A stretch of 64,000 bases of DNA, taken from NCBI GenBank assembly GCA_035479875.1, contig DATIIH010000013.1, positions 37,089 to 101,088 on the forward strand. Reading direction: 5' to 3'. Positions 46,860-55,756 of this stretch are shown here, one piece after another. The notes under the pieces were generated by a model that saw nothing but the letters and a program-made list of their open reading frames with translations, was not told where the DNA came from and ran no database searches. Source of the stretch: Patescibacteria group bacterium. GTDB lineage: Bacteria > Patescibacteriota > Saccharimonadia > Saccharimonadales > UBA4665. Within the stretch, counting starts at the first letter, position 1; each line of letters starts with the position of its first letter. Position numbers and translations under genes: made by a program.

Positions 46860-46883
46860 TGTTGCTACCATTATACTATTACT

Positions 46884-48053
46884 GTGACTAAGAAGACCCA
46901 AAAACCAATTCGCATCATCTTCGATGCTAGCCCGCTGCTGGTCAACAAGACCGGAGTGGCTTATTACACCGAGCGCCTTGTAGAAGCGCTAGCTAAGCAA
47001 TATCCAAACGAAATTGAGCTGATAGGATTTTATTACAACTTTTTAGGCAAACGACCTACCGCGCATTTTCCCAAGGCACCCAACTTGCGTTTCCGCGGCG
47101 TACACTTGTTCCCTAGCCAGATTTTATTCCAGCTCCGGCGGTGGGGGATAGAAGTGCCTATAGAGCTTTTGGCCAAAACCCGCGGCGACTTTTTGCTGTT
47201 CCCTAACTTTTTGTCGTACCCCAGCCTGTTTAAAACGCCGAGCGCGCCGGTGGTGCACGACCTCGCGTACATCGACCTGCCGCAATACGTCTCGCCTAAA
47301 AACGGTAGCGATCTCCGCCGCTTTGTGCCGGTGGCAATTAAACGATCGCAGTTTGTGATTACGGTGTCGGAGTTTTGTAAAAAGCGAATTGGGGAGCAGT
47401 ACAACGTGGCGCCCGATAAAGTTCTGGTAACACCGATACCGCCGCCATCCTTGGGCATGAGCGAGGCCAAGGCTGCACAAATGATCAAAGATGCCGGCTT
47501 CACTAAGCCTTACATTTTGTACGTTGGCACGATAGATCCACGCAAAAACCTCATCGGGCTTATTGATGGTTACTGTGCGCTACCTAAGGAGCTGCGCGAG
47601 CGCTTCAGCCTGGTATTAGTGGGCAGAATCGAGCGTTTTGCCGGCAAAGAGGCCGAAAGAATTGAGGCGGCGCGTGCCGCCGGTTACGACGTTATCCACC
47701 CAGGCTATATCAGCGACGAACTTAAAGAAGCATTGTTTATGGGCGCCAGCGTGTTCACCTACGCCAGCAACTACGAAGGCTTTGGCATGCCGCCGCTCGA
47801 GGCGATGCACTACGGTCTGCCGTGCGCCCTCAGCAATATCGACGTCTTCCGCGAGGTTGCCGGCGACACCGCCCTCTATTACGACACCACCAAAACCGCT
47901 TCGATAGCCAAAACACTCGCAGAACTCCTGAACGACCCTAAAAAAGCACACGCCCTGGGCGAAGCCGGGCGCAAACGCGCGGCTGGCTATAGCTGGGAAA
48001 AGGTAGCGCGCAGCCTGCACGAACGGATTGCGGCTTCAACGGGCCGCGACTAA
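46884..48053 (+). CDS. GT4 glycosyltransferase
   Basis: GTG start at 46884 (the ORF-track extension is antisense to wzm). VHDL, VGTIDPRKN, YEGFGMPPLEAM. Confidence 0.88.
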   Translation: MTKKTQKPIRIIFDASPLLVNKTGVAYYTERLVEALAKQYPNEIELIGFYYNFLGKRPTAHFPKAPNLRFRGVHLFPSQILFQLRRWGIEVPIELLAKTRGDFLLFPNFLSYPSLFKTPSAPVVHDLAYIDLPQYVSPKNGSDLRRFVPVAIKRSQFVITVSEFCKKRIGEQYNVAPDKVLVTPIPPPSLGMSEAKAAQMIKDAGFTKPYILYVGTIDPRKNLIGLIDGYCALPKELRERFSLVLVGRIERFAGKEAERIEAARAAGYDVIHPGYISDELKEALFMGASVFTYASNYEGFGMPPLEAMHYGLPCALSNIDVFREVAGDTALYYDTTKTASIAKTLAELLNDPKKAHALGEAGRKRAAGYSWEKVARSLHERIAASTGRD

Positions 48054-49373
48054 ACGCTTCTTGCTTTTGGGGTTACCTGGTGTGCGCAGGGCCGCGAGCA
48101 CCAGTCCGGTGGTAATCCACCACTGTGCAGCCACAGCCTCGTTGCTCCACATCTGCAGCAGCATATTACATACCACGTAGCCCCAAAAACTGGCCAAGAG
48201 GACTTGAGCCATCACCAGTTCACGCCGCTGCCAAAGCGCACGATAGAGCACAACGTTAATCGCAATAAATACCAGCAGACCGAGCACGCCAACCTCGTAG
48301 CCAATCTGAATGTAGTAATTCTCGGTGAGGAAGCTCCCGTGAGGATTTTGGATAGAGGCTAGTCCCGCTGTGCCCGGGCCGTGACCAAACGGATTACGAA
48401 CAATACCCTCGAGGCCGCGCTCGGCGAATGCCAAGTGAAACCCGTTGGAGTCGTGTGCCGCCTTGGGCACGCCAGTGCTGTGCGTGACTACACTTTTGGC
48501 AATAAAGCTGTTGCGGAAGGCAAAAGCGCCCACGCCAATGATCGCCAGCGCTACGACTAACACTGGCCAATAACGCTTTGTTGTTCGTGCAATAACCGCT
48601 CGGTACTGCCAAAAAACCACCAGCCCAACCGACAGCAGGGCAGCCAGCCAGGCGCTGCGCGCAAAGGTAAGGAATAGCGCTGCCCAGTGGATCGCGGACA
48701 GCCCAACGAGCTGCGATAGGCGCCGCTTATTAGTCCAGGCCTTAAGCATCAGGGCAGTGAGCGCGGTGAGCGGAAGGATCAAGTAGGCGCCGAGTGAATT
48801 GGGGTCGCGTAGCGTCGACATAACCCGCGGAAATTCGGTGTTACTGTCGATGTAAAAAGCCGGCACCGTGCCGCGCTGTACGCTATAGCCCACGTGCGTT
48901 AAGATGTCGTGCGGCAAAAAATACTGCACAACACCTAGGGCTGCCACCAGCGTGCTGATGCCTAATAACACCTTGAGCAACGTCTCTGGGCGGAGTTTGT
49001 CTCTGTTATCAAGGAGTAACCCGGCGCAAAGTCCCAGCACCACGTACGCCAGCAGCCGATTGTTGTAAATAATGCCCAGCTCGGCGCTAGGGCGGTAGAT
49101 AGTAGGGTAGAACGCCCACAGTATAAAATGCAGCGCTATATATATCGCGGTCAGCACCAGCGTGATGTTGAGCAGCTTACTCCCCTTGCGATTTCGCATA
49201 ACCAAACAAACTGCGAACAGGGTCACTGCTGCAGCGAGTAGGTCTTTGGCTATCTTCCACGCACTGAGTCCACCAGTTAGCAGGCTAAGTGATTGTGCCA
49301 AGAACACGTGCAGCGGCATATATATAAGAAGCGCGAGAGCACCCCAGAGCGGAACTTTGCGTGTTTGCTGCAT
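48036..49373 (-). CDS. O-antigen ligase/polymerase-like (Wzy_C/WaaL) membrane protein
   Basis: RVMSTLRDPNSLG, TFARSAW, periplasmic loop PFGHGPG, ENYYIQIGYEVG. Start trimmed. Confidence 0.85.
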   Translation of the reverse strand: MQQTRKVPLWGALALLIYMPLHVFLAQSLSLLTGGLSAWKIAKDLLAAAVTLFAVCLVMRNRKGSKLLNITLVLTAIYIALHFILWAFYPTIYRPSAELGIIYNNRLLAYVVLGLCAGLLLDNRDKLRPETLLKVLLGISTLVAALGVVQYFLPHDILTHVGYSVQRGTVPAFYIDSNTEFPRVMSTLRDPNSLGAYLILPLTALTALMLKAWTNKRRLSQLVGLSAIHWAALFLTFARSAWLAALLSVGLVVFWQYRAVIARTTKRYWPVLVVALAIIGVGAFAFRNSFIAKSVVTHSTGVPKAAHDSNGFHLAFAERGLEGIVRNPFGHGPGTAGLASIQNPHGSFLTENYYIQIGYEVGVLGLLVFIAINVVLYRALWQRRELVMAQVLLASFWGYVVCNMLLQMWSNEAVAAQWWITTGLVLAALRTPGNPKSKKRLVAAR

Positions 49374-49394
49374 GATAGCTACAATTATACCTAA

Positions 49395-50528
49395 ATGAAA
49401 CGCCATATCGTCATCGACGCCCGAGTACGGCGCAGTAGCACCGGCCGTTATGCGGATGAGCTCGTCAACCATCTGCAAGATGTAGATAATTACAACAACT
49501 ATACAGTCTTAGTAGCGCCCGATGATGACTGGAAGATGCGAGCAGGGAATTTCCGCACAGTCCCCTCCCCTTTCCCGCAGTTTTCGTTTAACCCCTTAAA
49601 CGAGCTGCGCTTTGCCTGGCAGCTATACTGCCTAAAGCCAGACCTTGTGCATTTTACGATGACGCAGCAGCCCCTGCTCTACTTCGGTAAGATAGTTACC
49701 ACCACGCACGACCTCACCATGTTCCAGTACGCCCATCCCAAGGGAACACACCCGGCAATCTTTTGGATAAAGATGCGCTTGTACCACTTCTTAATGTGGC
49801 TCGCCCACCGTAAATCGAGGCGCATTATCGTGCCCACACACCACGCAGCAGGAGAGGTGGCCGAGTTCCAACCGTTCACCAAAGACAAGCTGGTGGTGAC
49901 CTATGAATCAGTTGGCGTGCCGCTCAATGTCACACCCAAGAGGCCAGAGGTGGTGCCGGACAATTACATCATGTACCAAGGCACCGGCTTTCCGCACAAA
50001 AACCTTCCCAAGCTGGTAGAAGCGTTCGACATTCTGCACCCCCACTATCCAGACCTATACCTGGTGTTCGTAGGTAAGAAAGAAAAACACTACAACGACC
50101 TCGAGCGAGAGATCAAGCGTCATCCATCGGCGTCACACATCATTGTGGCCGGCTTCTTGCCCGACCCGGAATCTAAATGGACATTCCAGCACGCCCGAGT
50201 GTATGCCACGCCGTCCCTAGCCGAGGGCTGGGGCATGACACCGCTCGAAGCAATGGCCAACGGCGCGCCGGTAGTGTCGAGTAACGCTAGCGCTATGCCC
50301 GAGGTGTACGGTGAAGGCGCGCTCTACTGCGACCCGCACAGCGCACAAGACATTGCCGACAAGATTGCTATGGTGCTCGACGACGCTCAGCTTCGCAAAG
50401 ACCTCATCCAAAAAGGCACGGCCCAATACCAAAAATACTCATGGGCCACCATGGCCAAACAAACGCTCGACATATACGAAGATGTGCTCGCCCCCGAAAA
50501 TGGTCAGCACAAGCCAAAAGCTATTTAG
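49395..50528 (+). CDS. GT4 glycosyltransferase
   Basis: TTHDL, PHKNL, EGWGMTPLEAMANGAPVV. Confidence 0.9.
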   Translation: MKRHIVIDARVRRSSTGRYADELVNHLQDVDNYNNYTVLVAPDDDWKMRAGNFRTVPSPFPQFSFNPLNELRFAWQLYCLKPDLVHFTMTQQPLLYFGKIVTTTHDLTMFQYAHPKGTHPAIFWIKMRLYHFLMWLAHRKSRRIIVPTHHAAGEVAEFQPFTKDKLVVTYESVGVPLNVTPKRPEVVPDNYIMYQGTGFPHKNLPKLVEAFDILHPHYPDLYLVFVGKKEKHYNDLEREIKRHPSASHIIVAGFLPDPESKWTFQHARVYATPSLAEGWGMTPLEAMANGAPVVSSNASAMPEVYGEGALYCDPHSAQDIADKIAMVLDDAQLRKDLIQKGTAQYQKYSWATMAKQTLDIYEDVLAPENGQHKPKAI

Positions 50529-50530
50529 AA

Positions 50531-51034
50531 CTACTTGGCTTCTTCGGTGGGTTCGGCGTCTTTAGACTGCTCAGTTTCGGCTTCGACAGCTGGTTTGAGC
50601 ACAATGTGGCGGTCGCGACCATCGCCGGCGGAATCGCTCAGTAGGCCCCATTCCTGGGCAAGTTTGTGAATAGTACGGCGGTCGGCAGCGTTCATTGGCT
50701 GCAGGTCCATCGGTTCCCCGCTGTCTTTCACCTGCTTCATCCACGATTCGGCGTGTTCACTCAAGCGCTGGGCGCGCTGCTTCTTGTAGTCAGCAACATC
50801 GATGTTTACACGCGTGTATTCAAAACCCTGATTCTTAAGTGCGTTGCTGGTTAAAAATTGCATGGCGCGCATGTTATCGCCTTTTTGGCCAATTAGAAAG
50901 CCATTGAGGTGGGTCGAGGGGATATCGAGCTCGATCACGTCGTCTTCGGCGGTGGCGTGAACGTCGGTGTTCAGCCCAAAAAAGGATAGTAAGTCTTCGA
51001 GGTACTTTTTGGCGTAACGAATTGCTTCTTCCAT
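50531..51034 (-). CDS. jag: Jag/KhpB-like KH-R3H RNA-binding protein
   Basis: LIGQKG KH motif; PMNAADRRTIH R3H motif. Confidence 0.88.
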   Translation of the reverse strand: MEEAIRYAKKYLEDLLSFFGLNTDVHATAEDDVIELDIPSTHLNGFLIGQKGDNMRAMQFLTSNALKNQGFEYTRVNIDVADYKKQRAQRLSEHAESWMKQVKDSGEPMDLQPMNAADRRTIHKLAQEWGLLSDSAGDGRDRHIVLKPAVEAETEQSKDAEPTEEAK

Positions 51035-51996
51035 TATTTTTTCCTCCGATTACCGCTCTTCTTGCCCGACTTTTTCTTCGGCTTGCGGGCGGCCGGGGTG
51101 GACGCTGGTGTAGTGGATACGACTTCGGCTTCGGTGGCTTTTTGGGCCTTGGCTTTAATGGTGGCGACTGCGGGTGTGACTTCGGCTTCCATTTCGGTAA
51201 CGTCCTCGCGGAGCAGCCAAGTTTGCTGGGCGAGCGCAACTGCGCCGCTCACTAGCCAGTAGAGACCCAGGGCCGAGGGCAAACTCACCGTGAACAGGAA
51301 CACCATCACCGGCAACAAGTAGCGTGTGCTGCGGCCCACTGCGGCGTTGACCTCGGTTTGGTCGGCCTGTTTACCACTGTTGGCGTCCTTAAGAATAGCG
51401 CGCAGCGAGCGTGAGTCGCTCGTGGTGGGCGTGAGTTGTTTGCCCTGGTAATACTGCACGACGGCGCTGCTGAGCACGATGATCATCGCCGGCCAGTACA
51501 ATCCTTGGGGTCCGAGCGCGGCGCGGTTAAGGTTGACAACGTGGAATAGCGTGGCGTCAAAGGCATGGATATTGCCAGCCAGGTGCTGCATCCAAGACAG
51601 ATGCTGCAACGATGGATACGCAAATGTAATCAGTTGGTGCGGGTCGTCGAGCACGCGACGCAAGCCGCTGTAGAGGCCGATTAAGATCGGTACTTGCAGT
51701 AGCATCACACCAATAGAGCCGAGCGGATTGATGCCGCGCTCTTTGTAGAGCTGCATCATGAGCAGCTGTTCTTGTCGCTTGTCGCCTTTGGTGCTGGCTT
51801 TAATGCGCTTGAGCTCCGGCTGGAGCTTACGCATCAGCTTAACTTGGTGCAGCTGCTTTTTCACCAGCGGATACAGCACAATACGTATCACCACCGTGAA
51901 CAAAATAATACTCAGGCCAAAGTTGTGGCCGGGCAGCAACGCGTAAATTAGCACTAGTAGGTTAAAAATTGGCTGGACTATCAGCGTGGTAAACAT
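51034..51996 (-). CDS. yidC: Membrane protein insertase
   Basis: LQPELKRIK, YKERGINPL, LPSALGLYW; basic C-terminal tail. Confidence 0.92.
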   Translation of the reverse strand: MFTTLIVQPIFNLLVLIYALLPGHNFGLSIILFTVVIRIVLYPLVKKQLHQVKLMRKLQPELKRIKASTKGDKRQEQLLMMQLYKERGINPLGSIGVMLLQVPILIGLYSGLRRVLDDPHQLITFAYPSLQHLSWMQHLAGNIHAFDATLFHVVNLNRAALGPQGLYWPAMIIVLSSAVVQYYQGKQLTPTTSDSRSLRAILKDANSGKQADQTEVNAAVGRSTRYLLPVMVFLFTVSLPSALGLYWLVSGAVALAQQTWLLREDVTEMEAEVTPAVATIKAKAQKATEAEVVSTTPASTPAARKPKKKSGKKSGNRRKK

Positions 51997-52400
51997 TAAG
52001 CAATCGTCTCCTCTTGGTTTACTATATCATGATTTGCGCCTGCACGCTGACGTTCAAGCACACCCGCTCTCTCGAGTTGCTGCAGTACAGCGCGCTCCAG
52101 AGTGGCGTGGTCCATCTCGGCAATAGCCGGGTCATATGCGGTGAATACGATATCGATCGGTGGCTTGAGGCGACTGGCGTCTTTACGCACAATTTCGAAT
52201 ATGCGGCGGCGGATACGATTACGTACCACGGCCGCTTTGCTTACTTTGCGGCTCACCACCACCGCCACACGCCAGGTTTGGCTGCGCGGGTTAACGGCAT
52301 AGCGCATAGCCAACGGCAACTCACCGCGGGCTGTAGAACCTTTTTGGTACACAAAGCGCAGCGAGCTGCGCCCGTGGAATCGATGTGTTGAGTGGATCAT
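51996..52400 (-). CDS. rnpA: Ribonuclease P protein component
   Basis: RVAVVVSRKVSKAAVVRNRIRRR. Confidence 0.92.
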   Translation of the reverse strand: MIHSTHRFHGRSSLRFVYQKGSTARGELPLAMRYAVNPRSQTWRVAVVVSRKVSKAAVVRNRIRRRIFEIVRKDASRLKPPIDIVFTAYDPAIAEMDHATLERAVLQQLERAGVLERQRAGANHDIVNQEETIA

Positions 52401-52458
52401 CGGCTTCGTCAGCTCCCTTGCCTGCTTCTCGGCGCATTACTTGCGCCCGTTGCCTACT

Positions 52459-52596
52459 TTACTTAGACAGCTGCTTGCGGCCCTTAAGGCGGCGGCGCCT
52501 AAGAACCAGGCGGCCGGCGCGGGTGGCCATGCGCTTCATAAAACCATGCACATGTGCGCGGTGGCGTTTTTTAGGTTGGTACGTTCGTTTTGGCAT
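52459..52596 (-). CDS. rpmH: 50S ribosomal protein L34 (45 aa)
   Basis: Manual translation [45 protein letters not shown]. Not in the ORF track. Confidence 0.95.
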   Translation of the reverse strand: MPKRTYQPKKRHRAHVHGFMKRMATRAGRLVLRRRRLKGRKQLSK

Positions 52597-52727
52597 ATGC
52601 TCTCACTTTAACAGGAAGGCCCCTTCCTGGGCAACCATTGGTTGCACCGGGGGCCTTACCCTTGCTTATATTCTCACTTGCCGACTTTTGTAAAATTGGC
52701 AATGTTTACCCCACCAATACTAGCAAG

Positions 52728-52852
52728 TTTTCCACACTTAGCCAAGTACTTTCCACAGTTTTTACAGAGATGGCAAACTGCTGTGTATAACTTACCACCT
52801 AACGACCACAATCGTTTTGCAAATCTGTTAACGCTTACAAAGGTGTGGAAAA
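52728..52852. promoter_or_regulatory. DnaA-box cluster upstream of dnaA
   Basis: TTTTCCACA 52728, CTTTCCACA 52749, TGTGTATAA 52782, TGTGGAAAA 52844. Confidence 0.75.
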
Positions 52853-52904
52853 GTCGCCTGTGCTGGCGTATAGTCAGGTTCATAAAGGCTAGTGAGCGAG
52901 GGTT

Positions 52905-54272
52905 ATGGACTTTGGACTTTGGCAAACAGTTTTGGGGGAGATTGAATTAACCGTTTCGCGCGGCAACTTTGTCACATGGTTTAAGAACACGGTGCTGCTC
53001 AAGCAGGACGATGAACGGATCGTAATTGGTGTGCCGAACGTCTTTATTAAGCAGCAGCTGGAGCGCAAATATAACGACCTAGTGGTTGAGACGCTGCGCA
53101 AAAACGGTGCCACGCCCGAGCGCGTAGAATACAAGATCCACTCCTCGCTCACTCCAGCCCAGCGTGACGAAGCTCCCATCGTACTCGACAGTAGCCCGGC
53201 TGCCAGCCCGGCCGTAGCGCCAAAAGCACAGACTACCGGCCTTACGCACGCATATCGCCAGGGCCTCAACGAAAAATACACCTTCGACAACTTTATTGTC
53301 GGCAGCGGCAACGAGCTCGCCTATGCCGCATGCCAAGCCATAGCCGCCCAACCCGGCACCAAATACAACCCGCTATTCTTATATGGTGGGGTTGGTATTG
53401 GTAAAACACACCTCATACAGGCTGTGGGCAACATGGTACTAGCCAACAACCCAAAGGCGCGGGTAGTGTACGTCAGTAGCGAACAATTCTTGCAAGAATT
53501 TGTAGATGCACTGCGTTTTAGGAAAAACACCGACTTTGCCGACTTCTACCGCGGTGCCGACGTATTAATTGTCGACGACGTGCAGTTTATCGCCGGCAAA
53601 GAAAAGGTCCAAGAAGAGTTCTTCCATACCTTTAATGCCCTGCACCAAGCCAGCAAGCAGATTATTATAAGTAGCGATAAGCCCCCACGTGATATCCCTA
53701 CACTCGAAGAGCGACTGCGCAGCCGCTTTGTGTGGGGGATGAGCATCGACATGCAAACGCCCGATTTTGAAACGCGCTGCGCAATTTTGCAGACCAAGGC
53801 TCAAGTCCAGGGGGTCCCACTCGACACCGATGTGACCGAATACTTAGCAACTAATGTGCAGACTAACATCCGTGAACTCGAGGGTGCCCTAAACCAGCTG
53901 CTAGCCTTCTGTGAAATGCGCGGGCTGGAACCAAGCATGGGCATCGCCAGTAGCTTACTCGGCAGCAGTAGTGCGCGGCCCAAGCATATTAGTGCGCGAC
54001 AAATCATTGAGCGCACGGCGCGGCACTTCCAAATCCCTATCGAAGACATGCTCGGCCCTAAGCGCGACAAAGACATCGTCGTACCACGCCAAGTAGCTAT
54101 GTACATGCTGCGCAGTGAGCTGCACCTCAGCTTCCCTAAGATTGCCCGCGAGCTTGGCCGTAAAGACCACACCACTGCTATTCACTCCATAGAAAAGATT
54201 ACTAAAGAGTCGCGTTTGGACGCCGACATCCGCGAAGCAATCAGTGCTATAAAGGATAAATTACATGCGTAA
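52905..54272 (+). CDS. dnaA: Chromosomal replication initiator
   Basis: YTFDNFIVG, YNPLFLYGGVGIGKTHL, QEEFFHTFN, NIRELEGAL, RKDHTT. Confidence 0.98.
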   Translation: MDFGLWQTVLGEIELTVSRGNFVTWFKNTVLLKQDDERIVIGVPNVFIKQQLERKYNDLVVETLRKNGATPERVEYKIHSSLTPAQRDEAPIVLDSSPAASPAVAPKAQTTGLTHAYRQGLNEKYTFDNFIVGSGNELAYAACQAIAAQPGTKYNPLFLYGGVGIGKTHLIQAVGNMVLANNPKARVVYVSSEQFLQEFVDALRFRKNTDFADFYRGADVLIVDDVQFIAGKEKVQEEFFHTFNALHQASKQIIISSDKPPRDIPTLEERLRSRFVWGMSIDMQTPDFETRCAILQTKAQVQGVPLDTDVTEYLATNVQTNIRELEGALNQLLAFCEMRGLEPSMGIASSLLGSSSARPKHISARQIIERTARHFQIPIEDMLGPKRDKDIVVPRQVAMYMLRSELHLSFPKIARELGRKDHTTAIHSIEKITKESRLDADIREAISAIKDKLHA

Positions 54273-54535
54273 AAGCTGTGCACAAGGTGTGAAAATGCTG
54301 TGTGCTCAGGCCTTTGTTGCACACATTTTGTGCGCAACCCGAGCGCTTGCTCGTATAGCAGCCCGTGTACAAATGGCAGTTGTACCCACACTTAGTCGCC
54401 TTGTTACCCAGACTTCTTCACAGGGCAAAACACTCATTTTACCGCTGTTGCTTAGCCGTTTATCCCCACTATCCACAGTGCCTATAATAACCATAACTAT
54501 ATAAATATATTATTACTTAGTAAGGTAGGAAGCTT
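54273..54535. other. oriC (dnaA-dnaN intergenic) with tandem DnaA boxes, DnaA-trio-like run and AT-rich tract
   Basis: TTATCCCCA-CTATCCACA (54460-54477), GTGCC, six NAN triplets (54483-54500), then an AT-rich stretch. Confidence 0.78.
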
Positions 54536-55627
54536 ATGAAACTGCAGGTCACTCAGGAAAATCTAAACAAAGCACTCGGCACAGTCGCGCGGGTTGCCAA
54601 TGCTCGCGGCACACTGCCTGTACTAGCTAATGTGCTTATCAAGACGGTCAGTGGCCGACTGAGCATTGCCGCTACCAATCTCGACATCGCCATCACGCAT
54701 TATATTGGCGCCAAGGTAGCCAATGAGGGCGCTATCACGGTCCCCGCCCGCCTAATGCAAGACTTTGTGAATAGTCTGCCTGGCGGTGTTATCGACCTTA
54801 GTCTCGACGACTACAAGCTCAATATTGCTACTGAGCAGTACCAGTCGGTGATTAATGGCGTGAGCGCCGAAGAGTTTCCGGTGATGCCAGCGATTACTGA
54901 GGGCAAAACTTGGACGGTTCCTTCCGAAGTGCTCAAAAAGAGCTTACAGCAAGTAGTAATTGCCGCCAGTACCGACGAAGCCCGCCCTGTGCTCACTGGC
55001 GTGTACCTACACACCAATAGCGGCAAATTATACATGGCTGCCACCGACAGTTACCGCCTAGCCGAAAAGCAATTGATCGGCAGCAAAGAAGATGTTCAGC
55101 TGCTTGTGCCGGTGTCGGCAATGCAGGACCTTCTTAGGATTGTGGGCGACGCCGAAGACGACGTGCGCGTCACCAGCGACGACCAGCAGGTGCTGTTCCA
55201 GGTTGGCGATATTGAGCTCGTGGCTCGCTTAATCGACGGCAAATATCCCGACTACCGTAAGCTGATTCCCGAAAAATTTGCGGTGACCGCTACAATGAAG
55301 CGTTCCGACCTACTAAATGCGGCCAAGATTTCTGCCCTGTTTGCACGTGAGAGTGCCGGTAGTATCACGCTTAATATCGACGAGGGCACGCAGGAACTCA
55401 GCATCCGTTCGATTGCCTCACAGCTAGGTGAGAACACGGCTAATACTGATGCTAAGGTTGTGGGTACGGGTGCCATAACGCTTAATTCGCGGTATTTGTT
55501 GGATGCGTTGCATGCGCTCGGTGGAGATGAAGTTAGTTTTTGCTTTAATGGCAAGCTTGAGGCTTCGGTGCTTCGGGATCCTGCAACGAACGACTATGTG
55601 CACATCATCATGCCTCTAAAGAGTTAA
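54536..55627 (+). CDS. dnaN: DNA polymerase III beta clamp
   Basis: PVLANVLI, ATNLD, RPVLTGV, ATDSYRLA, RLIDGKYPDY, IMPL. Confidence 0.97.
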   Translation: MKLQVTQENLNKALGTVARVANARGTLPVLANVLIKTVSGRLSIAATNLDIAITHYIGAKVANEGAITVPARLMQDFVNSLPGGVIDLSLDDYKLNIATEQYQSVINGVSAEEFPVMPAITEGKTWTVPSEVLKKSLQQVVIAASTDEARPVLTGVYLHTNSGKLYMAATDSYRLAEKQLIGSKEDVQLLVPVSAMQDLLRIVGDAEDDVRVTSDDQQVLFQVGDIELVARLIDGKYPDYRKLIPEKFAVTATMKRSDLLNAAKISALFARESAGSITLNIDEGTQELSIRSIASQLGENTANTDAKVVGTGAITLNSRYLLDALHALGGDEVSFCFNGKLEASVLRDPATNDYVHIIMPLKS

Positions 55628-55634
55628 ATAGGAA

Positions 55635-55741
55635 GGCACAAAACGTACAAATCCAAGAAGGTGTGCGTTTCACGCAGAGAACATATGTTCTCTGGTTGCA
55701 CTACGCTGGACCCACCTTCTTGGATTTGTACGTTTTGTGCC
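55635..55741. repeat. Perfect 29-bp inverted repeat enclosing a 20-bp palindrome
   Basis: GGCACAAAACGTACAAATCCAAGAAGGTG (55635-55663) and its exact reverse complement (55713-55741); CAGAGAACATATGTTCTCTG at 55675-55694. Confidence 0.92.
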
Positions 55742-55756
55742 ACACTATAATTAATT

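Noticed and set aside
46449-46883. 145-aa N-terminal extension of the GT4 ORF
   Set aside because: Antisense to wzm; a leaderless GTG start at 46884 explains the gene.
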